Of a DNA stretch of 64,000 nt, positions 37,995-48,500 are shown piece after piece; positions within the stretch are counted from its first letter, which is position 1; each line of letters begins with the position of its first letter. The stretch is taken from positions 70,642 to 134,641 of the forward strand of contig JBMOPW010000011.1 in NCBI GenBank assembly GCA_049322915.1. The letters are read 5' to 3'. The stretch is from Candidatus Zhuqueibacterota bacterium (GTDB lineage: Bacteria > Zhuqueibacterota > Zhuqueibacteria > Thermofontimicrobiales > Thermofontimicrobiaceae). The notes beneath the pieces were generated by a model. The model had not been told where the DNA came from. It saw only the letters and a program-made list of their open reading frames with translations, and did not search any database. A program made the translations under genes and the position numbers.

Positions 37995-39920
37995 TTATTG
38001 CTGCTCGCGCGTATAATTCAACATACCTCCGGCTAAAATAATGGCGATAGCGCGAGCTGACAGATCGTAGCGCGCTTTGATTTCAGTACTCCTGGTAAGA
38101 TTTTCAACAACCAGAGGTTGTTTCTTTTTCAGAGACTGAATCACGTTGCGGATTCGCAGCCGATCGTTCTGTTGGAATGATTCATAGTCCGCGGCATTGT
38201 CAAAAGTCAGCGGCAGGATGCCGAAATTCACCAGGTTCGCCTTGTGAATTCTGGCGAACGACTTTGTCAGCACCCATTTGATGCCAAGATACATGGGAGC
38301 GAGCGCAGCATGTTCGCGGCTGGATCCCTGTCCGTAGTTTTCGCCGCCGATGATGAAGCCACCCTGCTTTTCCAGCGCGCGTTCCGGGAATGTCTCGTCG
38401 ACGACTTCGAAGACGTGTTTGGCGATTTCAGGAATGTTGGATCGGAGCGGCAGAATTTTCGCGCCGGCCGGCATGATATGGTCGGTGGTAATATTGTCTC
38501 CCACTTTCAGGAGCAACTCGCCTTCGAGCGTGTCCGGCATGGCCGTATTGATAGGCAATGGTTTGATATTGGGTCCGCGGATGATTTCCACCTTTTCGGG
38601 CTGGGATGAAGGCTCCAGAACCATTCGGTCATCAATCAAATATTTTTCGGGCAATTCAACGCGCAGCGCCTCGCCCAGTTCCCGCGGGTCTGTGAAAACG
38701 CCCTTCAGCGCCGCGGCCACGCAGACTTCCGGACTGGCCAGATACACATTGGCGTTCTTTGTCCCGCTGCGACCTAAAAAATTCCGGTTGAACGACCGAA
38801 CCGATATCGCGCTACTCGATGGCGCCTGTCCCATGCCGATGCACGGGCCGCAGGTCGATTCCAGAATGCGCGCGCCGGCGCTGATGATATCGGCCAATGC
38901 CCCGTTGCGGGCAATCATTTCCAGCACCTGTCGCGATCCGGGAGAAATCACCAAACTCACTTCCGGGTGAATCTGCTTACCGCGCAGCGCATTGGCAACG
39001 ATCATCATATCCGCAAACGAAGAATTGGTGCAGGAGCCAATGGCCACCTGATGCACTTTCTTTCCGGCCACTTCGCTCACTTTGCAGACATTGTCCGGAC
39101 TATGTGGTTGAGCGATCATGGGTTCCAGTTTCGACAAATCAATTTCGATCACTTCATCATAGCTTGCGTTTGCATCCGGCTTCAGTTCGGTCCACACGTT
39201 TTCGCGCCCCTGGCTTTTCAAAAATTCGCGGGTATTTTCATCGCTCGGGAAGATGGATGTGGTCGCGCCCAGTTCCGCGCCCATGTTGGTGATGGTCGCC
39301 CGCTGCGGCACTGACAGGCAGCCCACGCCTTCGCCGCCATATTCCACAATCTTACCAACGCCGCCTTTCACCGACATGATGCGCAGGACTTCCAGAATGA
39401 TGTCCTTGGCCGACACCCACGGCCGCAGCCTGCCTTTGAGCCGCACCAACACGACTTTGGGTGTAGTCAGGTAAAACGGGCCGCCCCCCATGGCCACGGC
39501 GACATCCAATCCGCCGGCGCCAATAGCAATCATGCCGATACCGCCGCCGGTCGGCGTATGGCTGTCCGAGCCCAGCAATGTCTTGCCGGGAATTCCGAAC
39601 CGTTCCAGGTGCACCTGGTGACAAATGCCATTTCCCGGGCGGGAAAATTTAATGCCATATTTCGCTGCAATGGATTGAAGAAAAAGATGGTCATCGGCAT
39701 TTTCGAAACCGGTTTGCAGGGTATTGTGATCCACGTAGCTGACGGAGAGCTCCGTCTTCACGCGCGGAATGCCCAGAGCCTCGAACTGCAAATAGGCCAT
39801 TGTGCCGGTTGCATCCTGCGTGAGCGTCTGATCGATTATTATTGCAATTTCGCTGGCAGCTTTCAACTCACCGCTGACCAAATGAGATTCCAGAATTTTG
39901 TACACCAGGTTTTTAGCCAT
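37995..39920 (-). CDS. acnA: Aconitate hydratase (short single-chain type)
   Basis: DHN, GICHQVHLE, GSDSHT, GSCTNSS, CGPCIGMG, TTDHI.PAG, NYGQGSSREHAA. Confidence 0.9.
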   Translation of the reverse strand: MAKNLVYKILESHLVSGELKAASEIAIIIDQTLTQDATGTMAYLQFEALGIPRVKTELSVSYVDHNTLQTGFENADDHLFLQSIAAKYGIKFSRPGNGICHQVHLERFGIPGKTLLGSDSHTPTGGGIGMIAIGAGGLDVAVAMGGGPFYLTTPKVVLVRLKGRLRPWVSAKDIILEVLRIMSVKGGVGKIVEYGGEGVGCLSVPQRATITNMGAELGATTSIFPSDENTREFLKSQGRENVWTELKPDANASYDEVIEIDLSKLEPMIAQPHSPDNVCKVSEVAGKKVHQVAIGSCTNSSFADMMIVANALRGKQIHPEVSLVISPGSRQVLEMIARNGALADIISAGARILESTCGPCIGMGQAPSSSAISVRSFNRNFLGRSGTKNANVYLASPEVCVAAALKGVFTDPRELGEALRVELPEKYLIDDRMVLEPSSQPEKVEIIRGPNIKPLPINTAMPDTLEGELLLKVGDNITTDHIMPAGAKILPLRSNIPEIAKHVFEVVDETFPERALEKQGGFIIGGENYGQGSSREHAALAPMYLGIKWVLTKSFARIHKANLVNFGILPLTFDNAADYESFQQNDRLRIRNVIQSLKKKQPLVVENLTRSTEIKARYDLSARAIAIILAGGMLNYTREQQ

Positions 39921-40263
39921 ACACAAATCTCCTCTGTTTTTCTATGATTCATCAAAACGCATCCTGTTATAATATCACCTATAATTCTAATAATGAATTT
40001 GGTAAGCGCCAATCTTCAAATACCAAATGGCAACTGAATTCCACTATTCAAAGAGACACATTCGAAGCTCAAGAGCAACATGATTTTATGTACTAAATGA
40101 ACGGCAGTTTGAAAATTGAAATTTTGTTCTTGTTATTTATTTGAGATTTAGAAATTGTTTTTTGGAATTTACAAAATTTCAATTTAAAAATTCAGGTATC
40201 AATTCAGATTGCAACTCGACGGAGAGTTGCCCGGAGATGCCCCTGAAAATTGACTCCCATGCA

Positions 40264-40644
40264 TCAAAGCCAGAACGCATTTTCGATATGGTTTATCTGC
40301 CAGTCGCCTTTTTCCCAGTTCAATGCGATGACATCGAACCGGCAATCGCGATCGCTGATCTCTTTTTCGAACAAATAACCTCTGGCAATTGTCCCTATCT
40401 GGCGCTGCTTGCTTCTCGGCACCCAGCCGACAGGATCGCCGAAGTCGCCAAATTTTTTGGTCTTCACTTCTACAAAAACGAGCATGCCGTCCCTCTCCGC
40501 GATGATATCGATTTCTCCCCGGCCAAACCGATAATTCATCTCCACAATCGCATATCCTTTTTCAATCAGATAGTTGCGCGCAATCTCCTCCCCCTGTTTA
40601 CCAATCGGTATGTTCGTTTTATCAGCTTTCGATTCACTGGACAT
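40264..40644 (-). CDS. yraN: YraN family putative endonuclease (UPF0102)
   Basis: G..GEE.A..YL...GY....NYR...GEIDII......VFVEVKT, RFDVI, HIENAF; overlaps the rnhB end. Confidence 0.92.
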   Translation of the reverse strand: MSSESKADKTNIPIGKQGEEIARNYLIEKGYAIVEMNYRFGRGEIDIIAERDGMLVFVEVKTKKFGDFGDPVGWVPRSKQRQIGTIARGYLFEKEISDRDCRFDVIALNWEKGDWQINHIENAFWL

Positions 40645-41284
40645 CGCTCAATTCCCTCACATGAAAAGTGGTTCGATGGATGGGACTCAGGCCATGGGTG
40701 CGGATGGCCTGAATATGTTTTTTCGTCGGGTACCCTTTATGATGGATGAATCCGTATTGGGGGAATTGCCGGTCATATTCCTGCATCATTCGGTCCCGAG
40801 TGACTTTGGCGATGATGGAAGCGGCTGCAATGGAAAAGCATTTCTGATCGCCTTTGATAATGGCGGTTTGGGGGATCGTCATGTCGGGGATGGCGAAACC
40901 ATCGACCAGCACGTGCTGCACCGGCAGCCGGGCATTCTGCAGGGCGCGTCTCATCGCCAGGTAAGTGGCCTGAAGAATATTCATGCAGTCGATTTCTTTC
41001 TCGTCGCAGACGCCAATTCCCACTGCGCGAGCCGCAATGGAGATGTGGTCGAACAGAGCTTCCCGACGCCGCGCCGATAGTTTCTTCGAATCATTGACAC
41101 CGGGAATTTGAATATCAGAATAAAAAATCACAGCCGCTGCAACCACAGGGCCGGCCAAAGGGCCACGTCCGGCCTCGTCGACCCCTGCAATGAACTCGCT
41201 GCCATGACTCCACAGATCACGCTCAAATGACAGCATCGATTGCATCCGAACGACCTCGGCATGCGTTTGTTTCAGGCGGCTCAT
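40634..41284 (-). CDS. rnhB: Ribonuclease HII
   Basis: AGVDEAGRGPLAGPVVAAA, DSKKLS, IAAASIIAKVTRD, HKGYPT, HRTTF. Confidence 0.96.
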   Translation of the reverse strand: MSRLKQTHAEVVRMQSMLSFERDLWSHGSEFIAGVDEAGRGPLAGPVVAAAVIFYSDIQIPGVNDSKKLSARRREALFDHISIAARAVGIGVCDEKEIDCMNILQATYLAMRRALQNARLPVQHVLVDGFAIPDMTIPQTAIIKGDQKCFSIAAASIIAKVTRDRMMQEYDRQFPQYGFIHHKGYPTKKHIQAIRTHGLSPIHRTTFHVRELSDVQ

Positions 41285-41645
41285 GAATGAAATGTACTCT
41301 ATCGTGTGAGATTAATGGATTCCTTCCGGTCAAAAAAGACCAGCGAATTGAATCTCGACCGCATCCAACGTAGACTATGTTTGAAGATGAAAAAACGATG
41401 TGAGAAATCTGGAACGAAAGAACTTTAGTGAAGCTGAATTGAAATTTAAAAATATTTTCTTTAAAAGCAACATTTTTTTGAAGCACCCCGGGTCTGGAAT
41501 CCGACGCGCCCCATACCTGGCACTCCCTGTACTGAATTTGAACGTCCTGACCCAGAGAAAAATTTCCCGTGAAAATAACATTATTCCCTTTTTATTTAAT
41601 TCGATATAATAATCATTCATTTTTCCATGCATCAAAGAATAATTC

Positions 41646-41674
41646 TTGACATTATTAGAATTTTTAATTACATT
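41646..41674 (+). promoter_or_regulatory. Sigma70-type promoter for the Lrp/AsnC gene
   Basis: TTGACA-N17-TACATT. Confidence 0.6.
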
Positions 41675-41708
41675 CATTAGGCCAGAAAGAAAAAAAGGTG
41701 GTGTACCG

Positions 41709-42173
41709 ATGATCAAATTTGACACGATCGACAAAAAAATTTTGAATATTCTGCAGGAGAATGGGCGAATCACCAACGCCAATCTCGCTGCCGAAGTTGG
41801 TCTTTCTCCCCCACCCATGCTGGAACGGGTCAAAAAACTTGAAAAAAGCGGTGTCATCAGTAAGTACGTTGCCCTGCTCGATCCTCAAAAAATTGACAAA
41901 GCGACCATCGTCTTTGTCTCGCTCACGCTGGCGCGGCATCGACTTACTTCGTTCGATCAGGTGAATCAGGAGCTCAAAAATATCCCTGAGGTGCTGGAGT
42001 GCTACCATATTTCCGGCGACGAGGATTACCTGCTCAAAGTCGCAGTGAAAGATATTCAGGAATATGAACAATTTCTCCTGAAACGACTGGCCCAGATCCC
42101 ATCGATCAGCCGCATAAAAAGTACTGTCGTACTTTCAACCAAGAAATACGAGACAAAAATTAATATCGATTGA
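41709..42173 (+). CDS. Lrp/AsnC family transcriptional regulator
   Basis: D.IDKKIL..LQENGRITNA.LA..VGLS......RVKKLE..GVI; ECYHISGDEDYLLKV. Confidence 0.94.
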   Translation: MIKFDTIDKKILNILQENGRITNANLAAEVGLSPPPMLERVKKLEKSGVISKYVALLDPQKIDKATIVFVSLTLARHRLTSFDQVNQELKNIPEVLECYHISGDEDYLLKVAVKDIQEYEQFLLKRLAQIPSISRIKSTVVLSTKKYETKINID

Positions 42174-42176
42174 CAG

Positions 42177-42204
42177 TCAAGCCCTGACCCGGTTCAGGGC
42201 TTGA
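42177..42204. terminator. Hairpin just after the Lrp/AsnC gene
   Basis: TCAAGCCCTGA-N6-TCAGGGCTTGA perfect 11-bp inverted repeat; no U-tract on the + strand. Confidence 0.45.
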
Positions 42205-42632
42205 TGAAATAAAAAGTTCTTGACTTTTTAAAAAAATTCATTAGTTTATGGTAGGAAAAAATAATTCTTTTCCACCATCTGACCCTTCATGAAATCTGAA
42301 TTCGATCTATGGTCGAACTTTCGCTGCCAATTACTCAGATCAATTTTTCCGACACGAATCCTTGTCGCTTTCCAATTTGTATTGATAATGGCTTTCACAA
42401 CTCGTGCGCACTATTTGGTGCACTTAGCTCCATTGTTCTTTTTTCATAATGGGAGTTATACCGTATCACCCGCAGCTATCCGAAATTGAATTCGGGTTGG
42501 CAATTCCATTTTGGGCTGGTCTGGAATGGATCGGCCGTAGAAACATTGTTGCAAGCTTTTTGGAGAGGGTATTTGTACGAATTCATTTTTCTAACTAAAT
42601 AACTCTAACTTTAAAGATCCAAGGAGGCAGTG

Positions 42633-43937
42633 ATGGCAACATTAAAGGAAAAACTTTTTGAAAAAATTGAAGCCTGGCGTCCAAGAACTTCGCGGTTATT
42701 AAAAGAGTTTGGAGAAGTAAAATTAGGAGATGTTACAATTGGCCAGGCAATTGGCGGTATGAGGAGTGTGAAATGTTTAACCACTGATATTTCATATTTA
42801 GACCCGCTCGAAGGAATTCGCTTCCGCGGATATACCATCCCGGAAACATTGGCCGCCCTGCCCAAAGTTCCGGGAGGCGAGATGCCATACGTGGAAGGAT
42901 TTTTCCATATGCTGTTAACCGGAGATATTCCTAATGATAAAGAAGTGGCTGAGATTGTCGCTGAATTCAATAAGCGAATGGCGGTCCCCAAGTATGTGCT
43001 CGACGTGCTGCGCGCGATGCCAGCCGATAGCCATCCCATGGCAATGATTTCCGCTGCGGTAGTGAGCATGCAGCGCGAATCTGTGTTCGTCAAAAAATAT
43101 AATGCCGGCCTCAATAAAATGGATTATTGGGATCCGACCTATGAGGACGCCCTCAACCTGTTAGCGAAACTCCCGCTGATTGCCGCTTATATTTATCGAA
43201 TTAAATACAAAGGCGGAAAGCTCATCGAGCCGGATCCAAAACTTGATTTCGGCGGCAACTTCGCCCACATGATGGGAATCAAAAAACCGTATGACGACGT
43301 GGCCCGGTTATACTTCATTCTCCACAGCGATCATGAAAGCGGCAACGTCAGCGCGCATACCGGCCATCTGGTCGCCAGCGCTCTGTCGGATATGTATTAT
43401 TCCATCAGCGCCATGCTCGATGGTCTGGCCGGCCCACTCCATGGATTGGCCAACCAGGAAGTGTTGAGCTGGATTCAGGGCGTGATGGATAAAATGGGCG
43501 GTAAAATTCCCACCGAAGAAGAGATGACACAATTTGTGTGGGACACTCTCAATTCCGGCCAGGTCATTCCGGGATTCGGTCACGCTGTGCTCCGAAAAAC
43601 AGATCCACGATACACGGCTCAGCGCGAATATTGTCTGAAGCATCTGCCCAATGACACGATTTTCAAATATGTCGATGTGCTGTATAAAGTCGTTCCGCCA
43701 ATACTAGAGAAACAGGGCAAAGTCAAAAATCCATGGCCCAATGTGGACGCTCAATCCGGCGTCATTCAATGGTTTTACGGACTGACGGAATATGATTTCT
43801 ACACCGTGCTGTTCGGTGTGGGCCGCGCCCTGGGCGTGTGCGCCAATATCGTTTGGGACCGCGCACTGGGTTATCCTATCGAACGACCCAAATCCCTCAC
43901 CACAGCCATGCTTGAAAATATCGCAGGTATTAAATAA
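42633..43937 (+). CDS. gltA: Citrate (Si)-synthase, eukaryote-like type
   Basis: GGMR, LDP.EGIRFRG, HSDHESGNVSAHT.HLV.SALSD, GLAGPLHGLANQEV, PGFGHAVLRKTDPRY, NPWPNVDA, ERPKS. Confidence 0.95.
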   Translation: MATLKEKLFEKIEAWRPRTSRLLKEFGEVKLGDVTIGQAIGGMRSVKCLTTDISYLDPLEGIRFRGYTIPETLAALPKVPGGEMPYVEGFFHMLLTGDIPNDKEVAEIVAEFNKRMAVPKYVLDVLRAMPADSHPMAMISAAVVSMQRESVFVKKYNAGLNKMDYWDPTYEDALNLLAKLPLIAAYIYRIKYKGGKLIEPDPKLDFGGNFAHMMGIKKPYDDVARLYFILHSDHESGNVSAHTGHLVASALSDMYYSISAMLDGLAGPLHGLANQEVLSWIQGVMDKMGGKIPTEEEMTQFVWDTLNSGQVIPGFGHAVLRKTDPRYTAQREYCLKHLPNDTIFKYVDVLYKVVPPILEKQGKVKNPWPNVDAQSGVIQWFYGLTEYDFYTVLFGVGRALGVCANIVWDRALGYPIERPKSLTTAMLENIAGIK

Positions 43938-43959
43938 TCACATCACAGTTTCAATTGTC

Positions 43960-43992
43960 AAAAAGGGACGTTACACAACGTCCCTTTTTTTT
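43960..43992 (+). terminator. Intrinsic terminator after citrate synthase
   Basis: AAAAAGGGACGTT-ACAC-AACGTCCCTTTTT with extended T-run. Confidence 0.85.
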
Positions 43993-44245
43993 ATGCTATT
44001 GGCGCCTCAGCCGGCAGGATTCAATGGACAGTCGCCTGAAGTGATGCCGGTGTGGGTGATATTTGAACGCTGAAACGCGCAGACACACACGGCAGAAAAT
44101 TTTCGCGCGCAGCCCGGACAGCCGGATCCTTTGGAAATATCTATTGCAATTTTAAGAAAAGTTTCTTACCTTTTCCCTCTTTTAAAATCCTAACCGGACG
44201 TCAACAGCCGTTCACTCCCATCGTACAAAACACAGGGAATCTGCC

Positions 44246-45232
44246 ATGGATATTTTAGACTCCTTCAGAAAAAAAGCCGCTCAATCGCCGCGAACCATTG
44301 TTTTCCCAGAATCAGACGACGACCGCATTCTGAAAGCTGTTGCTGAAATTCAATCAGCCAACATTGCTCACCCGATCCTGATCGGAGAATCGGATAAAAT
44401 TTTCGAATCAGCCGCGCGACTGGATCTCGATCTGGCGAACATCCCGGTCATCTGTCCGGCGACCTCAGAGAAATTTAACGAGTACGTGATCGCGTATTGT
44501 AAAAATCGGGAGAACGTCACCGAAAAAATGGCGCAGAAACTACTGCGCAAACCGCTTTTGTACGGGGCCATGATGGTAGCGCAGCGCGACGCGGACAGCA
44601 TTGTGTGCGGCGTCGCCCATGCAACCAGTTCCGTCATTCAGTCGGCCGCAGTGACCATTGGATTTGCCAGCGGCATCACCAATCCCTCATCGCTGTTCAT
44701 CATGGTCATCCCTGAATTCAGAAATGAGAAGAATAAAATTCTGGTGTTCGCCGATTCTGCCGTAACGATCAAACCGACGCCCGAACAATTGGCTGAGATC
44801 GCCGTTCTCTCCGGCAGGAATGCTAAAAAATTGGTGGGCATTGACCCGAAAATCGCGCTGCTGTCTTTTTCAACCAAAGGCAGCGCCAGTCATGCGGAAA
44901 CGGAGAAAGTGATTACAGCGACTGGTCTCGCCCGGCAATTGGCGCCCGAGCTCACAATCGATGGGGAGCTGCAGGCGGATGCCGCCCTCATCCCGGAAGT
45001 GGCTCAGAAAAAGGTCAAACAGAGCAATGTGGCCGGCCAGGCAAACGTCCTCATTTTTCCGGATTTAAACTCCGGCAATATCGCTTACAAGTTAGTCCAA
45101 TACCTGGGCCGCGCTCAGGCCATCGGCCCGTTTTTACAGGGATTCGCGCGGCCGGTCAGCGACCTGTCCCGCGGCGCCAGCGTCACCGACATCGTGAATG
45201 TCGCGGCTGTGACGGTCGTACAAGCGCAGTAG
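44246..45232 (+). CDS. pta: Phosphate acetyltransferase (class I)
   Basis: IVFPES.D.RIL.A, FADSAV...PT.EQLAEIA, ALLSFSTKGSA, DGELQADAAL, IFPDLNSGNIAYKLVQ, DLSRGAS. Confidence 0.93.
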   Translation: MDILDSFRKKAAQSPRTIVFPESDDDRILKAVAEIQSANIAHPILIGESDKIFESAARLDLDLANIPVICPATSEKFNEYVIAYCKNRENVTEKMAQKLLRKPLLYGAMMVAQRDADSIVCGVAHATSSVIQSAAVTIGFASGITNPSSLFIMVIPEFRNEKNKILVFADSAVTIKPTPEQLAEIAVLSGRNAKKLVGIDPKIALLSFSTKGSASHAETEKVITATGLARQLAPELTIDGELQADAALIPEVAQKKVKQSNVAGQANVLIFPDLNSGNIAYKLVQYLGRAQAIGPFLQGFARPVSDLSRGASVTDIVNVAAVTVVQAQ

Positions 45233-45454
45233 CGGACGGTCAGTCAACGTCGGTAATCAACGCGGGCTGTTGTTCCGGCCATTCCCCGTCAGAGGGCGCT
45301 GCTGCTATTCTGGGCCGCACCGGGAAGTGTGGGAATTAACTGCACATGAACGCCGGGCGCGTGACTATCGCTGCAATATACTCGCAAGTCAATCTCTTTT
45401 GAATTCGCATACATCTTCTGGAACCGTAACACCATCGAAATGGAGGATCATCCC

Positions 45455-46207
45455 ATGTTAGTTGTCATCAAAAAAAATTACGACGAAATGAGCACAGAAG
45501 GCGCGAAGCAGGTCGCAGAAATGATTCGAAGAAAACCGAACTGCGTGCTCGGCTTCGCCACGGGCAGCACCCCACTTGGCGTGTACAAGGAATTGATTCG
45601 AATGTACAAGGAAGAAGGTCTGGATTTTTCAAAAGTGACCACATTCAATCTGGATGAATACGTGGGACTGCCGCCCGAACATGATCAGAGCTATCATTAT
45701 TTCATGTGGGAGAATTTATTCAAACATATCAATGTCGATCCGCGCTATGTGCATATTCCCCAGGGAATGACGAACGATGTCAATGGATTTTGTGACTGGT
45801 ACGAAGAGCGGATCAATGCATTCGGCGGAATTGATTTGCAGATTCTGGGCATCGGCGCCAACGGACACATCGCATTCAATGAACCCGGTTCGTCGCTGGG
45901 TTCGCGCACCCGAATTAAAACGCTCGACAAATTGACCAAAAGAGACAACGCCCGATTTTTCGTGAACCAGGAAGAAGTGCCGAAATACGCCATCACCATG
46001 GGCGTCGGTACGATCATGGACGCCAAAAGTCTGTTGCTGCTCGCCAGCGGTCCGAGCAAAGCCGACGCAATCAAAGCGACTGTCGAGGGACCCATCACGG
46101 CATTGTATCCGGCGACCATCGTGCAAATGCATCGCAAAGCGACCATCATTTGTGACGAAGATTCAGCCGCAACACTTTCGCGCGAGTACTCAGGCTATTT
46201 GTCTTAA
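45455..46207 (+). CDS. nagB: Glucosamine-6-phosphate deaminase
   Basis: ATGSTP, FNLDEYVG, GGIDLQILGIG.NGHIAFNEPG, AITMGVGTI; ATG 45455 after GGAGG. Confidence 0.95.
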   Translation: MLVVIKKNYDEMSTEGAKQVAEMIRRKPNCVLGFATGSTPLGVYKELIRMYKEEGLDFSKVTTFNLDEYVGLPPEHDQSYHYFMWENLFKHINVDPRYVHIPQGMTNDVNGFCDWYEERINAFGGIDLQILGIGANGHIAFNEPGSSLGSRTRIKTLDKLTKRDNARFFVNQEEVPKYAITMGVGTIMDAKSLLLLASGPSKADAIKATVEGPITALYPATIVQMHRKATIICDEDSAATLSREYSGYLS

Positions 46208-46482
46208 TGTTTTTTCAAAACAGGCCGAAGTGTATTACCTGAACAGGATTGAGTGCTGGTAGTCATGCAGGCCGACCGAAGCGCGCCGTAATTGCCCGGC
46301 CAATGCAGACATCCCCTGCATGCGGATATAGGCAGCACCACATGATTTGCTTTAGGCAAAACTGGAACACGCGTCAAAACACGGCTCCGGTTCCGGAGTT
46401 GGCGAGTTGTCATTTTCAACTGAATAGGCGGTATGGGGTAGCACCTCATCGGTATTTCGAACTTTAATGAATGGAGTCAGCT

Positions 46483-47745
46483 ATGAATTTCGTCTTGTAT
46501 GAAGACAGCAAATACGAGAACCTGGTCCCAATAGTGTTTTTGCGGCCAGTGTACGAACTGAAATGCGGACACACACTGTTGCGGGAAAAAATTGAACGGA
46601 TGGTTGGCAGAACATGCGATTTGTTTTTCATGCGCGATTATTTAGCCCCGGTGTTCAGCAAGAAATTTGGCGTTGATAAAGTCAATCAAATACAGGCGCT
46701 GAAAGGCGATGATGCCTTGCTTGTCAACGGACGGTTGTTGGCGATTGAGACGAGTCTGAATGTGGATGGCCCGGAAGAGATCGCTTTTTCCGGCGAACAA
46801 ATTGTCTTTGCCCGACTGAAAAAAGCCACCATTGCCGCGCTCGCGTTCAATACCCCGGAAGAATTATTGAATCAGGTTGCAGACTTGCTGCCGAAGCGAC
46901 AGATTGAAGCGACCATGATCAATTTCCCATGGAATCTGGTTCAGAACAATAGCCGCGCCATTGTCAACGATTTCGACCATCTGCCGCAAAAGGGCATTCA
47001 CGGAAACCTGTCCCCACAGGCGGCCATTATCGGGAATAAAGATTTGATCTACATGGCGCCTGGCTCGGTAGTCCATCCCTTTGCTGTGCTCGACGCCAGC
47101 CGCGGGCCGATCCTTTTCGACAAGAACGTTGTCATCCATCCGTACACGCACATCGAGGGGCCGAACAGCATCGGTGAAAAAAGCCAGGCCTTTGGCGGCA
47201 ATATTCGGGAGGGCTGTTCCATCGGTCCGGTGTGTCGCGTTCACGGCGAAATTGAAGAGAGCATCATTCATGGCTACTCCAATAAACACCACGATGGATT
47301 TTTAGGGCACGCCTATGTCGGGGAGTGGGTCAATCTCGGCGCCTTTACAACCAACAGCGACCTGAAGAACGATTATACCACAGTGCAGTTGTATCTCAAC
47401 GGAGAGCTGGTGGACTCCGGCGATATGAAAGTGGGTTCGTTCATTGGCGACCATACCAAGACCAGCATTGGCACCCTGCTGTCGACCGGCTCCATGGTGG
47501 GCATTATGAGCAATATCATCCACGCCGGAGAACTGACCAAAAAGTATGTGCCTTCGTTCACATGGTTTTTGAACAATCGCGCGACAAAGGGATTCGGTTT
47601 CCATCACATGATTTCCACAGCCGCCCGCGCCATGGAACGCCGCGGCGTCACACTGACAGCGGAGGACGAAAAGATGCTGGAAACTGTCTTTGAAATGACC
47701 CAGGCGGATCGAAAATATTGGATCAAAAAAGGATTCCAATCCTGA
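46483..47745 (+). CDS. GlmU-like sugar nucleotidyltransferase/acyltransferase (alternative bacterial type, left-handed beta-helix)
   Basis: L.P..F.RPV.ELKCG..LLREK N-terminus; GEIEESIIHGYSNK.HDGFLGHAYVGEWVNLGA.T.NSDLKN; hexapeptide repeats. Confidence 0.82.
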   Translation: MNFVLYEDSKYENLVPIVFLRPVYELKCGHTLLREKIERMVGRTCDLFFMRDYLAPVFSKKFGVDKVNQIQALKGDDALLVNGRLLAIETSLNVDGPEEIAFSGEQIVFARLKKATIAALAFNTPEELLNQVADLLPKRQIEATMINFPWNLVQNNSRAIVNDFDHLPQKGIHGNLSPQAAIIGNKDLIYMAPGSVVHPFAVLDASRGPILFDKNVVIHPYTHIEGPNSIGEKSQAFGGNIREGCSIGPVCRVHGEIEESIIHGYSNKHHDGFLGHAYVGEWVNLGAFTTNSDLKNDYTTVQLYLNGELVDSGDMKVGSFIGDHTKTSIGTLLSTGSMVGIMSNIIHAGELTKKYVPSFTWFLNNRATKGFGFHHMISTAARAMERRGVTLTAEDEKMLETVFEMTQADRKYWIKKGFQS

Positions 47746-47811
47746 TTGGCCTGGTACTGCAGCAATAATTATGATTAAATAAAAGCAAGTCACATGACCC
47801 TGGAGGGAAAA

Positions 47812-48057
47812 ATGTCCGTTGAACAACGAGTTAAAGAAGTCATTGCTCGGCAGTTAAAAGTGAAGATGGAAGACATCCACGACAATTCGGATTTTGTGCA
47901 GGACCTGGGCGCCGATTCCATGAGCAGCATCGAATTGGTTGCCGCGTTCGAAGCAGAGTTCGATATTGACATGGATGAAGACGCAGCGCTCAGCGTGAAG
48001 TCTGTGGGCAAAGCTGTCGAATTCATTCAGCACGAAGTGGACAAATTAGCATCCTGA
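47812..48057 (+). CDS. acpP: Acyl carrier protein
   Basis: FVQDLGADSMSSIELVAAFE.EFDI; acidic, 81 aa; ATG 47812 after GGAGG. Confidence 0.88.
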   Translation: MSVEQRVKEVIARQLKVKMEDIHDNSDFVQDLGADSMSSIELVAAFEAEFDIDMDEDAALSVKSVGKAVEFIQHEVDKLAS

Positions 48058-48077
48058 TTCAAACAGAAAAATCCTAT

Positions 48078-48126
48078 GGAGCGATGGGAAAGCGATTCCG
48101 GCTTTTCATCGCTCCCACGTTTTTTT
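48078..48126 (+). terminator. Intrinsic terminator between convergent ACP and SMR-like genes
   Basis: GGAGCGATG...CATCGCTCC stem followed shortly by a T-run. Confidence 0.6.
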
Positions 48127-48138
48127 AGCCGGCGCTGA

Positions 48139-48498
48139 TTAAAAATCTCCGGAAATTAAAATTGCTCCCACGGAAATCAGCCCAACTCCAACCCAATGTT
48201 CCAGCGAAACATACTCATTCAAAATCAGCGACGCCAATTCGACCACCACGACATTCATGACTCCTCCAAACAGCACGGCCGTATGGCCCAATTCGCCGCT
48301 CCGATTCCGAATCAGCAGCAGCGCCAGAAAGTAGACAGCGATGCCCGGGAGAAGCCAAATCAGATCCGAGGCCAATAACGACCCAACTCCGGCGGACTGT
48401 GCGGCATTCATTCCCAACTTCAGGAAAAATTGTGTCATGACAATCAGAATCAGCAGTGCTGTCGCCTGACGCGAATTTTGTAATAGCGAAATGCGCAT
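48139..48498 (-). CDS. Small 4-TM EamA/SMR-like protein (ArnE/ArnF-like subunit)
   Basis: Q.FLK.G, LILNEYVSL..WVGVGLI..G..LI pattern; four hydrophobic helices. Confidence 0.72.
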   Translation of the reverse strand: MRISLLQNSRQATALLILIVMTQFFLKLGMNAAQSAGVGSLLASDLIWLLPGIAVYFLALLLIRNRSGELGHTAVLFGGVMNVVVVELASLILNEYVSLEHWVGVGLISVGAILISGDF

Positions 48499-48500
48499 GA

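Noticed and set aside
42289..42489. 66-aa ORF upstream of citrate synthase as a gene or leader peptide
   Set aside because: No RBS or recognisable motif; cannot be supported.
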